Part shown: one piece after another, positions 8,356 to 17,835 of the stretch
How the letters are laid out: each line of letters opens with the position of its first letter
How positions within the stretch are numbered: the stretch's first letter is position 1
Assembly (NCBI GenBank): GCA_963707505.1
Contig: CAVPQB010000003.1
Span: 544,001 to 608,000, forward strand
Length of the DNA: 64,000 bases
Reading direction: 5' to 3'
DNA from: an uncultured Gemmatimonadales bacterium
GTDB lineage: Bacteria; Gemmatimonadota; Gemmatimonadetes; Gemmatimonadales; Gemmatimonadaceae
Translations under genes and position numbers: made by a program
The notes under the pieces: model-generated
Told to the model about the DNA's origin: nothing
Databases searched by the model: none
The model's input: only the letters and a program-made list of their open reading frames with translations

Positions 8356-10500
8356 ATGCCTGAGACGCGCGGTCCTGCTGTGGAGCAGCACACCCTGGCC
8401 TGGCAGCGGATGTCACGCTCCGGGGTCGGTGCGCCAGCGGCCACCCTGGTGAGCTCACGACGCGGACTCATCTGGATGCTGGTCACTGTGGCCGTCGCCG
8501 GCCTTGTGGTGGCAGTCGGCCGATCTGCGATACAATCGGCGGCATCCATGTACAACCTGGCCGACGGTGCCAATCCATTCTGGCTGCCGTCACACGCATG
8601 GCTATTGTATGTCTCCGTGCCGGCCGTCGTGATCGGCTCGCTGCTCGTCTTCATAGCGCCGGGATTATTTCTGGCCTCCGCGCTCGGCGCGACGCGATCG
8701 TGGAGCTGGTGGATATTATGCGGCGTTGCACTCAGTATTGTCGTGTTGAGCGCAGCTGCTGCTGCCATCCAAGGGATTGCCGGAACGCCGCTGACCGGAG
8801 GACGTTTTCTCCTCGTCGTGTTCGGATGCAATGCAGGCGCGGCTGCGGTCGCCTGGTCGTGCGTGATGCGCACGGGCAAGCCGGCACTGCCACAATTCGC
8901 TGGCCGCAATGCGCTGGAAGGTGCAGCCGCACTGTCTGTAATTCTCGTAGTCATGTTTCCCAAGTTCATGTGGGAGAACTTGAACGGCGACGGCGCTGAT
9001 GCGCTCGAAGTGGCACGGCTGCTACTCCACCACGCGATGCCATTCTGGCCCAGTGGCGCGGGAATCGTCGGCGCGTTCCCGGGAGTTACGTCGATGCTTT
9101 TCGCGTACCCGGCGTCGTGGTTCGTGCGCGCCTTTGGCACACTGGAATTTTCGGCGCGTGCACCTCTGCTACTCGCACTCCTCGCCACTCATGCCGGGAT
9201 CGTCGCACTCGCTGAGGTTCGGGACAGAGGCGCCGACGCCGCACGTCGGACGCTCAGCAGTAGTGAGCGATTGCTGATTTGGACAGCATTGCTTGTCTGC
9301 ACGATAGTGTTGGCCTACAGCGCCACATACAGCGCATACTCTGCCGATATTGCGATGCCAGGTGCGCACGATACGCTGCTCGCCGCACTCTTCCTGGCAA
9401 CGATCGTTGCAGCTGCGTCGGACGAGATCGGCTGGATGGTGCTGTTCGGGCTACTGTCGTACTTCACGCTGCCGAACGGACTGCTGCTGCTCGGAATGCT
9501 TTGGATCGCCGCACTGCTCGTCTATCGACCGGTCCCGCGCCGGATGGTCATTGCACTCGGCGCTCTGATAATTTCATGTATCGCGCTGGGTACGTTGGTG
9601 CCGCACCTTCTGCAGAGTCTCGGCTCGCCGGTTCCGGGCGAGGAGTACGGCAGCGACCTGCTGTTGAATCGCGTGCTGATGGTGCAGTTCAGCGACTGGC
9701 GTCGGATTCTGTATGTACTCGTTCCCTGCGGGATTGCGCCGGCGGCCGCGATATTTCTCTGGAAACGCCAGGATTCACTCGGCCGTGTGATCGCGCTGCT
9801 CATTGTCGGTTACTTTGCGTTCACGTACGTGCAGGCGTATTCGAAACTGCATTACTATCTGCCAGTGATGCTGTTACCGATTGCGCTGTACTGGCGAGTT
9901 GCTCCGAGCGAGCGCAGGCAGCGCAACGATTGGCGCATCGCTGCACTCGCCGGCCTCGCGGGTGCGGTGATTCTGGCGTTGCCGAGGCGCGCGGCACCCG
10001 TGACGTGGGCCCGTCGGATCGCCTCGGAGATCCAGATTCGCGTTCCGGGGTATGACGTATCTGCACCCGAGGAATTCAGAGCGTCGGACACACTGGTCCT
10101 GCTGTTTCCGATGTCCTGGGATCGGCATGTGCCCGAAACGCTTGGCGACTCACCCCTGGTCTGGAACTACTATCTGCAGCACGATCTGGGACTTCCATCG
10201 GAGCGAACGAATTATGTGGTACAGCCCGTCAGCATGCAGTTGCCCGCGGGGTTCCACACGATCGGACAGCACGACGGTTATACCGTGCTCGTCAGGAGTG
10301 ATTCGTTGCTCGCGAAAGACCGTTCGCAGAAATTACCGATCAATCCAGGAAGCCCGCTGTTTCTAATTCGGCGAGACGTCCTGTTCGACTATGCTACAAC
10401 GAGCAACGGAGCGCCGATACACGACATCGTCGACGCGTTGGGTCGCCGCGGCATTGATTTACGCAAATTTCGGCACCATCACGAGTCCGGACCCAGGTGA
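8356..10500 (+). CDS. large polytopic membrane protein, putative GT-C-fold glycosyltransferase
   Basis: 3' part of ORF 7543..10500. More than 12 hydrophobic segments, an acidic loop (ENLNGDGADALE) and a soluble C-terminal domain. Start is approximate. Confidence 0.7.
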   Translation: MPETRGPAVEQHTLAWQRMSRSGVGAPAATLVSSRRGLIWMLVTVAVAGLVVAVGRSAIQSAASMYNLADGANPFWLPSHAWLLYVSVPAVVIGSLLVFIAPGLFLASALGATRSWSWWILCGVALSIVVLSAAAAAIQGIAGTPLTGGRFLLVVFGCNAGAAAVAWSCVMRTGKPALPQFAGRNALEGAAALSVILVVMFPKFMWENLNGDGADALEVARLLLHHAMPFWPSGAGIVGAFPGVTSMLFAYPASWFVRAFGTLEFSARAPLLLALLATHAGIVALAEVRDRGADAARRTLSSSERLLIWTALLVCTIVLAYSATYSAYSADIAMPGAHDTLLAALFLATIVAAASDEIGWMVLFGLLSYFTLPNGLLLLGMLWIAALLVYRPVPRRMVIALGALIISCIALGTLVPHLLQSLGSPVPGEEYGSDLLLNRVLMVQFSDWRRILYVLVPCGIAPAAAIFLWKRQDSLGRVIALLIVGYFAFTYVQAYSKLHYYLPVMLLPIALYWRVAPSERRQRNDWRIAALAGLAGAVILALPRRAAPVTWARRIASEIQIRVPGYDVSAPEEFRASDTLVLLFPMSWDRHVPETLGDSPLVWNYYLQHDLGLPSERTNYVVQPVSMQLPAGFHTIGQHDGYTVLVRSDSLLAKDRSQKLPINPGSPLFLIRRDVLFDYATTSNGAPIHDIVDALGRRGIDLRKFRHHHESGPR

Positions 10501-11438
10501 CGCAAACACCACCAGAGCTCTCGGTCGTCGTGGTAGCATTCGTTGGAGAGCAGTATCTCCGACGACTGCTCGACGCGCTTACCCAACAGGCGACCGAACG
10601 AACGGAAGTGATCGTCGTCTGTGATTCACTGATCGGTGACGTTGGGCGGTTTCGCTCGAGCTATCCTGCGGTCGATTTCGTAAGGTTCGACGAGCGGCGC
10701 TCGCCCGCCAGCCTCCGTGCTGTAGGCGTCGCTCGCGCGCGGGGCCGAATCGTTGCGCTCGTGGAGGATCACTGCGTGCCGACGCCGGACTGGACAGCAC
10801 AAGTGATCGCGGCGCACGAAGGAGATGCGGCTGCCGTCGGCGGCGCGATGGAAAAGGGCTTTCCGCCCGGTTCCGATGATGACACGGCTCTCAACTGGGC
10901 ACTGTATCTGGCGGATTACAGCCGCTACGCACTTCCGATGGCTGAAGGCCGATCCGGAGCGGCCTCCGACTGCAATGTTTCGTACAAGCGGGACGCGCTC
11001 GTGGAGATCGCGCCGGCGTGGAGCAACGAGTTTCACGAAAACATCGTGCACGCAGAGCTCGCAAAGCGTGGCAAGACCCTATGGTTCTCGCCGCGCATCG
11101 TGGTCCACGAGCAGCGATCGATGACATGGTCGCAGACGCTCCACGATAGGTATTCGTTCGGTCGCCTGTTCGGCAGTACGCGCGTCGTGGCCGCCTCGCC
11201 GGCGAAGCGGCTGGCAATGTCGGGCGTCGCTCTTTTGCTACCACCGCTCCTCGTTGTTCGTGTGACGGGCAACGTTGTCCGCAGGCGACGATATCTGGCC
11301 GCGCTCGCGCGGGCCTCGGTGCCGCTCATCGTCGTTGCGTCGGCGTGGGCGGCGGGCGAGCTGATGGGATACGTCACCGGGAAGGCCGGTGCTTCTCTCA
11401 GCCAAACTCCTGCGACAAACGCAACGGAGAGTACGTAA
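10497..11438 (+). CDS. GT2 family glycosyltransferase
   Basis: LSVVVVA, LRAVG, LVEDHC and NVSYKR motifs, with C-terminal TM helices. GTGA overlap with the upstream gene. Confidence 0.85.
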   Translation: MTQTPPELSVVVVAFVGEQYLRRLLDALTQQATERTEVIVVCDSLIGDVGRFRSSYPAVDFVRFDERRSPASLRAVGVARARGRIVALVEDHCVPTPDWTAQVIAAHEGDAAAVGGAMEKGFPPGSDDDTALNWALYLADYSRYALPMAEGRSGAASDCNVSYKRDALVEIAPAWSNEFHENIVHAELAKRGKTLWFSPRIVVHEQRSMTWSQTLHDRYSFGRLFGSTRVVAASPAKRLAMSGVALLLPPLLVVRVTGNVVRRRRYLAALARASVPLIVVASAWAAGELMGYVTGKAGASLSQTPATNATEST

Positions 11439-11440
11439 TC

Positions 11441-12898
11441 ATGCTTCCTGTGACTGACCTGACGCCGCGCCGGGTACGCCCGCTGATCGCGCTACTCATG
11501 ACGAGCGCGATGATTGGCTGCGGCGGTGGATCGTCGGATGGCCCCGGACAGTCCGGCACTTCCCAGCAACCTTCGTCAACGTCCGGTCCGGCACCGTCGA
11601 CGGTCATCACTGTCAACCCGTCGGTCAGGTACCAGACGATGACTGGCTGGGAAGCGACCGCAGAGGGTGGTCAGAACGATGTCGCGGCGTATCCAGCGTA
11701 CCGCGCGCAGCTACTCGATCTCGCCGTCAACACGCTCGGAATCAACCGGCTGCGCGTGGAGGTGAAGAGCGGCGTGGAGAACCCGGTAGATACGTGGGCC
11801 GAGGAGCAGTCCGGGGCGCTCTCCGCCGCGGATTGGCGCTGCCAGCGTTACGCGACGATAAACGACAATGCCGATCCGATGGTCATCAATCCGGCGGGCT
11901 TTCACTTCTCGGAGCTTGACGCGACCATGAACCGTCTCGTGCTCCCGATGAAGGCGCTCGTGGAGGCACGTGGTGAGCATCTGTATCTGAACGTCGAGTA
12001 CGTCGCGTTCGCGCGACAGTGCAGCAACACGCCATACGCTCACCTGAACAACCCGGCAGAATACGCCGAGTTCGTTCTTGCTACGTACCAGCATCTGCAG
12101 TCCACTTTCAATGTCACGCCCGACTCCTGGGAAGTCATACTCGAGCCAGATAACACTGGCGGTTTGTGGGACGGTGGCATGGTTGGCCGTGCGATCGCGG
12201 CCGCGGGTGACAGATTGAAGGCGGCCGGATTCACACCGCATTTCGTCGCCCCGTCAACAATGAACATGAGCAACGCAGCATCGTACATCGATGCGATGAT
12301 GGCGGTGCCGGGTGCACAGCAGTACGTGAAGGAGCTGTCGTATCACCGGTACGCCGGCGTTTCAGACGATGCTCTCGCCGCAATCGTGACGCGCGCCAAC
12401 AAGTACGGACTTCAGACATCCATGCTGGAGCACATCGGAAGCGATTATCAGGACCTGTACACGGATCTTACGGCGGGCCAGAACAGTGCATGGCAGCAAT
12501 ACACGCTTGGCTATCCCGGCTCCGACGGCGGCGGTGCGTACTTCATCGTCGGAAGTGGCGCCTCGCCGACGGTAACGATGGGATCGCGCACATCGTACCT
12601 CATGGAGTATTTTCGGTACGTTCGCGCTGGCGCCGTGCGCGTGGGAACTAGCGGCGGGACCGATGCTGCTGCACCCGTGGCATTCGTCAATACGAATGGC
12701 GGATTTGTCGTCGTCACGAAGACAAGCGGCGCTGTGACATTCCGCATCAACGGCCTGCCCGCCGGAAGTTACGGCGTCTCGTACAGCACGGGCGCAGCGT
12801 CAGGCAGCCAGTTGCCGAGCGTGACAGCGACAACTGGCAGTGGGGTCGATGTCACCATGCCAGCGGCTGGGGTGATCACGGTCTATCATCAACCGTAG
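11441..12898 (+). CDS. lipoprotein glycoside hydrolase, clan GH-A (GH30-like)
   Basis: Lipobox-like MIGC, Ser/Gly linker, YQTMTGW, ILEPD (acid/base), LSYHRY, MLEH (nucleophile), YFRYVRAGAVRV and a beta-sandwich tail. Confidence 0.72.
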   Translation: MLPVTDLTPRRVRPLIALLMTSAMIGCGGGSSDGPGQSGTSQQPSSTSGPAPSTVITVNPSVRYQTMTGWEATAEGGQNDVAAYPAYRAQLLDLAVNTLGINRLRVEVKSGVENPVDTWAEEQSGALSAADWRCQRYATINDNADPMVINPAGFHFSELDATMNRLVLPMKALVEARGEHLYLNVEYVAFARQCSNTPYAHLNNPAEYAEFVLATYQHLQSTFNVTPDSWEVILEPDNTGGLWDGGMVGRAIAAAGDRLKAAGFTPHFVAPSTMNMSNAASYIDAMMAVPGAQQYVKELSYHRYAGVSDDALAAIVTRANKYGLQTSMLEHIGSDYQDLYTDLTAGQNSAWQQYTLGYPGSDGGGAYFIVGSGASPTVTMGSRTSYLMEYFRYVRAGAVRVGTSGGTDAAAPVAFVNTNGGFVVVTKTSGAVTFRINGLPAGSYGVSYSTGAASGSQLPSVTATTGSGVDVTMPAAGVITVYHQP

Positions 12899-14432
12899 GT
12901 GTCGCGTACCGTAATGAGTTGTGCTCGAGGCTGTGCTCAACGCAGTGGCGTCGCCAGATCAACCAGATTGTGATGCCCAGCAGGAGGAAGATCGGTAGCG
13001 GTGAAACACCGGTGGTCGCAAGGAACGGTGCATAACCTGCTGACGCAGTCTTGCTCAGGACCGTGAGGAATGGAAGCTCGAAGCCTCCGAGCAGGATGTG
13101 CATCAAAGAAGTCGCCACATCCTCGCGTGCCATTGCCACGCTCCACGAGATGGCGACCGTCGGCACGACGAGCAGATAGCGCAGCAGCGGGCCACATCGA
13201 AGCAGCACGGGCACTAATGCCACGAACAGCAACGGTGCCGCGGGCACCATGTACCGAACTCCGGTATTCCACTGCAGGAATGCATACTGATTCGCGCTGC
13301 TGAACAGCCAGAGTGCCGCGCACGCGCCAAAAATGAGCGTCAGCTCGGCGCTACTCACGATGCGCGGGCGACGCTCGACGAAGGGTGCGGCGAATGCAGC
13401 GACGAGCATGGGACAGAATGCGAACAAGCCGTACCGGAGATCGAACAGATTTCCCCAGAGCAGCGAGCCGACCGGCAGAGAAATTCCGTTCCAGCCGCGC
13501 CCACTGTACTGCGTGGCGGCCATGTAACGCTGCGCGGGAAAGAACGGGTTCCCAAACGCGGCCCACTGATACCACAGCAGCAGTAGCAGAGGACCCAGCG
13601 CGCCGGCGGCGAGCCATGCGGCATCTCTGACACCCGCAACGGCGCCTGCGCGCCGCCAGCCTCGTGCGAGTGTCCAGAGCCCGAAGGCGACGATGAGCGA
13701 CGCGCCACTGTAATCGCACAGCACCGCAAGACCCAACATCGCGCCGGCGCCTGCAAGCGCGCGATTACTCGGCGGCCACGCTGTACCAGGCTGTTCGTCC
13801 GGACTGGACCGTGCACTCGCGAGCAGCACGAACGCTATCAGCGTACAGTGCGTGACGATCGCATTCTGATTCAGGAATGCCGAGCGAAAGAAGATCGGAG
13901 TACCGAATGCGTAGAGAAGCGAAAACCACAACGCCTGACGCTCGTCACCGAGTCGAGCACGAAGAAACCAGAAAAGCACTACTGCGGCGAGCGCGCCGAG
14001 CGGCGCCATGAGACCAGCCTGTGTGATCGCGGCGGCGAGACCGAGCTTGACGTCGAGCCCGCGCTCCCGCGACGCATTGAGAAATTTCGTACGATTCGGC
14101 CGCGGATCGTTGTATGCGGCGGCCGGCTTGGGACTTATCAGATCAGGGCGGGCATGAAAGAGCATTGCCAGCGCGGGCCGCGCAACAGCATACGGGATCG
14201 CGCCGAGCATCGAGGCGCCGGGGTTGTTGTTGATGTACGCGCCCCTCCCTGGAATCAGAAAGAGATCCGGGTGCAGGCCCATGTATTCATCCACACGCAC
14301 CGACAGATGTTCGCCCAGCGTGATGGCGAGGTAGGTCTCGCGCACAACATTCGATGCAAAGTGAGTGACGTACACGAGAAACACTGTCAGGGCCAGTCGG
14401 GCAGCCGTGCTGAAGCGAGGCCATGTGCGCAT
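12876..14432 (-). CDS. polytopic membrane protein, putative GT-C-fold glycosyltransferase
   Basis: About 10 TM segments, with NVVRETY, FGTP, FGNPF and RY motifs. TGATG overlap with the upstream stop. Confidence 0.72.
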   Translation of the reverse strand: MRTWPRFSTAARLALTVFLVYVTHFASNVVRETYLAITLGEHLSVRVDEYMGLHPDLFLIPGRGAYINNNPGASMLGAIPYAVARPALAMLFHARPDLISPKPAAAYNDPRPNRTKFLNASRERGLDVKLGLAAAITQAGLMAPLGALAAVVLFWFLRARLGDERQALWFSLLYAFGTPIFFRSAFLNQNAIVTHCTLIAFVLLASARSSPDEQPGTAWPPSNRALAGAGAMLGLAVLCDYSGASLIVAFGLWTLARGWRRAGAVAGVRDAAWLAAGALGPLLLLLWYQWAAFGNPFFPAQRYMAATQYSGRGWNGISLPVGSLLWGNLFDLRYGLFAFCPMLVAAFAAPFVERRPRIVSSAELTLIFGACAALWLFSSANQYAFLQWNTGVRYMVPAAPLLFVALVPVLLRCGPLLRYLLVVPTVAISWSVAMAREDVATSLMHILLGGFELPFLTVLSKTASAGYAPFLATTGVSPLPIFLLLGITIWLIWRRHCVEHSLEHNSLRYATPTVDDRP

Positions 14433-15892
14433 CAGTCTTCCACCACGTGGCTCTCGAATTCGCGACGATAGTCCGCCCAGCGCTCGAGGTCGAAGCCCTC
14501 TGGCCCAAGGCAATCGGAAGCCGCGTATGCCATGCGGAGCGCGTGGTGAGTATTGTCGTGCGCGAAAAGGCCCTGGCGACCGAAGGTCAGCATGTTCGGC
14601 TGTTCTGAAGCCCATCCATCCAGCGCGGCAAACGCGCGCTCGTAACCCTGGTGATAGATCGGATACGCGAAGCGCAGCCGCTTCACATATACGGAAGTTG
14701 GCGCTGCCGGGAGCGGCAGACCGGAACGCACGAGATCCGCCGCAACGATCTCCCCTAGAGCAGCGTCACTCATTTCCCAGTGCGCGTCACCCAGCGCACA
14801 GGGCAGCTCCGCGCACAGCGTGGTGGAGGTGCGCGGCTCATCCAGCGCCGAATAGTTTTTCGGCTCCGACAATCGCGTGATCGTGACGGATCGCTCCGGA
14901 AAGTAATGCGCGTCGAATTCCGTGAACTGCGGAACCGGCAAGGTGAGATACACAAGCAGCATCGCCCTGTACTGAATCTCACCGGACGCCCTCAGCGATG
15001 CAGCATCCGGCTCCGGAGTCGTCATTCTGGCGAGCATCGTGATTGGAAGTGTGGACCAGAGATAGTCGGCGTGCATCGCCCGAGCTTCGGATCCGCGCTC
15101 GACACGTACGGACCACCCTTCTCCTTCTCGCTCGACGCCGACGACGCGCCACCCGAGCATGATTTCTGCGCCCGACTTGCTGGCAGCGTCTGCAAACGCT
15201 TCACTGATCTGTCCGAAGCCGCGCCGCGGGTAGAAGAATCGACCCGAGCCCGCCGGCTTGAATCCCGGCACTGCCGCCAGCAGCTTGCGAAACAACTTCT
15301 TGAACGAGCCTGCCGAAACTCTGCGGCGTGCCTGAATCGCGGAGAGCTCTTCGGGCTCCGCGCCCCAGATCTTTCGCGCGTACGGGAAGTAGAAGTCGCG
15401 GCATATCGTCTCGCCCAGGCTCGCCTGGAGAACCGATGCGAAACTCTCCTGGCTCGGTGCATCGGCTGATTTTCCCCGTCCTCGACGCATCATGTCGCGC
15501 AATGTGCCGAGTGCGAAGCCCGGGTCCAGGCGCAGAAGAAGGTCGACCGGCTTGAGGGGGAAATGAATCCATCGCCCGCGCAACCGGATACGACCATGTC
15601 GCGGGCGGTCGAGCAGATCGCCGCCGAGGACGGTCTTGATGTCCTCCAGAATCGCGGGATCGCATGCGGGATGAAGCCGATGGCTCCCGTAGTCGAGTCG
15701 CTGGCCTGCATGGTCGAAGCTGCCGGAGTTGCCGCCGACGGCGGGATTCGCTTCGATGAGCGTGACGCGCGCGCGTTTGAGCCGGCGTAGCTGGAATGCC
15801 GCGCCCACGCCAGCGGGACCGCCTCCCAGAACGACGACGTGCGGAAGCTCCGGAGTGTCAGTCGCGGAAACCGACTCGGCTGGTCGTGTCAT
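14432..15892 (-). CDS. FAD-dependent oxidoreductase, second UGM/HemY-like paralog
   Basis: GGGPAG, LDYGSHRLH, KIWG, YPIY and GRQGLFAHDNTHH motifs. Confidence 0.85.
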   Translation of the reverse strand: MTRPAESVSATDTPELPHVVVLGGGPAGVGAAFQLRRLKRARVTLIEANPAVGGNSGSFDHAGQRLDYGSHRLHPACDPAILEDIKTVLGGDLLDRPRHGRIRLRGRWIHFPLKPVDLLLRLDPGFALGTLRDMMRRGRGKSADAPSQESFASVLQASLGETICRDFYFPYARKIWGAEPEELSAIQARRRVSAGSFKKLFRKLLAAVPGFKPAGSGRFFYPRRGFGQISEAFADAASKSGAEIMLGWRVVGVEREGEGWSVRVERGSEARAMHADYLWSTLPITMLARMTTPEPDAASLRASGEIQYRAMLLVYLTLPVPQFTEFDAHYFPERSVTITRLSEPKNYSALDEPRTSTTLCAELPCALGDAHWEMSDAALGEIVAADLVRSGLPLPAAPTSVYVKRLRFAYPIYHQGYERAFAALDGWASEQPNMLTFGRQGLFAHDNTHHALRMAYAASDCLGPEGFDLERWADYRREFESHVVED

Positions 15893-15895
15893 GAC

Positions 15896-16873
15896 TCACG
15901 CATGGTTGGCGTTGGGTTCCAGTTTTCCCGTCTTGCGTGTGCCGGTCACGTCGCGCCATCCAGTGCGGCCACCGCTCAGCGCCCACCACACTGCTCCACC
16001 AACCAATCCGCCAGATATCATTACAGATTGCCAGATCAGCGCAGCGACGATCCCGAGCGTTACCGGCACGCCGGCCGGCGCCAGCAGCGCGGCGAGCGTG
16101 GCGTCGCGGACGGCCAGCCCTCCGAGACTTATCGGGAGCAGTCCCGCGATCTTTGCGAGCGGCCAGACGAAGAACCATACGGTGATGGAAACCGTTATTC
16201 CGACCGAGCGGCCGATCCATGCGTTGAGCAGCACGAATCCGCTCTGCATCGCGAGCGAAATCATCGCCGCCGTGAGCGCCGTTCCCGGCGATCGACTCAT
16301 GCGCCGCAACACAACCAGACTGCGCCCCACCGGCCTGCGAATCTTCTTCGGCCATCTGCTGAGACGGCGGCGAAGCAGGAGGGGCACGCACGCAAACACC
16401 GCGATGGCAACGACGAGGACACCGACCGCGAGCAGCTCTCCCGCCCATCCTGGAAATGAATCGCGTGACAGAACTCCGCCGACGGCGATCAACAATCCCG
16501 TGGCAGCTATGTCGATCGCCCTGTCGGCAGCACTTCCGAAGAAAGCGGCTTCGGGCCGGCCGGTCGCGCGAGCGGCGAGCGCTGCGCGAACTACATCGCC
16601 ACCAACCACCGTCGGGAGGCAGAGATTGGCGAACAGGCCCGCGGCGTAGCAGCGAATCGCGTCGCGTGACTTCATGCGCGCGCGTCCTGCGTTCACGAGC
16701 ATGCGCCATTTCGCGACACCCAGGCGGTGGCCGGCGAGAAAGCCAACCAGCACAAGTGCCCATGTGCTGAACGTGAGACGCGAGATCGCCGTCTCGACCT
16801 GGTGCCACGGCAGGAAGTAGAATATCGCGGCGAGCAGTCCGATGCTCACCGCCGGTTTGAGCCAACGCTTCAT
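15896..16873 (-). CDS. lysylphosphatidylglycerol-synthase TM-domain protein (flippase-like)
   Basis: KWRML, NLCLPTVVGGDVVR, DR and PISLGGLAVRD motifs. Confidence 0.88.
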   Translation of the reverse strand: MKRWLKPAVSIGLLAAIFYFLPWHQVETAISRLTFSTWALVLVGFLAGHRLGVAKWRMLVNAGRARMKSRDAIRCYAAGLFANLCLPTVVGGDVVRAALAARATGRPEAAFFGSAADRAIDIAATGLLIAVGGVLSRDSFPGWAGELLAVGVLVVAIAVFACVPLLLRRRLSRWPKKIRRPVGRSLVVLRRMSRSPGTALTAAMISLAMQSGFVLLNAWIGRSVGITVSITVWFFVWPLAKIAGLLPISLGGLAVRDATLAALLAPAGVPVTLGIVAALIWQSVMISGGLVGGAVWWALSGGRTGWRDVTGTRKTGKLEPNANHA

Positions 16874-17835
16874 TTGCGGTTTGCCATTCGCGCGTTCTGA
16901 TCCGCGAGCATCCCCACGGACCAGATGATCAGCGCGGCGAGAAGTCCGAGCACAGTCGTCTCCGACATGTTGTCGCGAGATATGTCGTAGATAAGCTTTG
17001 CGATTCCTATCACCGCCAGAACAGCACCCAGCGGTATGAACACCTTCAGTGGATTGAAGAAGACGATCGTCCGGAGGATGAGAAGTGTAAAGTCGTACGC
17101 GTGACGTGCACGAATCGTCGAGTTGCCCAGTCGCTTGTAATAGTCGATGGATATGTATTCCACCGTATGATCGTTGCAGATGGACGCCAGCGTGATCGTC
17201 GTGGTGAATGAAAATCCCGGCGGCAGGAGATACTCATAGCGCTCAACGAGGCTCTTGCGCATGAGCCTCAAGCCCGAATTGATGTCGGGAATGTGCTGAC
17301 CGCTCAGGTAGCTCGCGAGCCAACGAAGGAACGCCTTGGCCGGTCGGCGGACGAACGGCACCTGGACTGTCTCGCCGGTACGTGCACCGACCACCATGTC
17401 GTTGACATCCGCACGAGCAAGCAACTTCGGAATCGCCGCGACAGGATACGTGCCGTCGGCGTCAGTGATCAGAACCCAGTCGAAGTACGCGCGCCTTATA
17501 CCGTGCTTGAGCGAAGCGCCATAACCGCGATTGCGCGGATGCGACAGTACATGCGCACCGGCCGCTGCGGCGCGCTGAGCTGTGTCGTCGCTGGAACCGT
17601 CGTCCACCACGATGATCTCGTAGTCCCACCCCGAAGCATCCATCACGCGGACCACGTCGTCGATCTGCGTAGCAACGTGCGCCCCCTCGTTGAATGCAGG
17701 AATGACGATCGAAACCGCATGGGCGAGAGAACGCTCGCCCGGCTCCAGCTCGCGCTCGATCATGCCGGCGGCGTGGAAACGAGCTACGGACCGTGGCTCT
17801 TGCAGGTCCTGCAGTGGGTTCGGAGGTGCGGTCAT
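16870..17835 (-). CDS. GT2 polyprenol-phosphate glycosyltransferase (DPM1/GtrB-like)
   Basis: IPAFNE, VDDGSSD, NRGYGA, TDADGTY and DINSGLR motifs, two C-terminal TMs. ATGA overlaps at both ends. Confidence 0.9.
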   Translation of the reverse strand: MTAPPNPLQDLQEPRSVARFHAAGMIERELEPGERSLAHAVSIVIPAFNEGAHVATQIDDVVRVMDASGWDYEIIVVDDGSSDDTAQRAAAAGAHVLSHPRNRGYGASLKHGIRRAYFDWVLITDADGTYPVAAIPKLLARADVNDMVVGARTGETVQVPFVRRPAKAFLRWLASYLSGQHIPDINSGLRLMRKSLVERYEYLLPPGFSFTTTITLASICNDHTVEYISIDYYKRLGNSTIRARHAYDFTLLILRTIVFFNPLKVFIPLGAVLAVIGIAKLIYDISRDNMSETTVLGLLAALIIWSVGMLADQNARMANRK

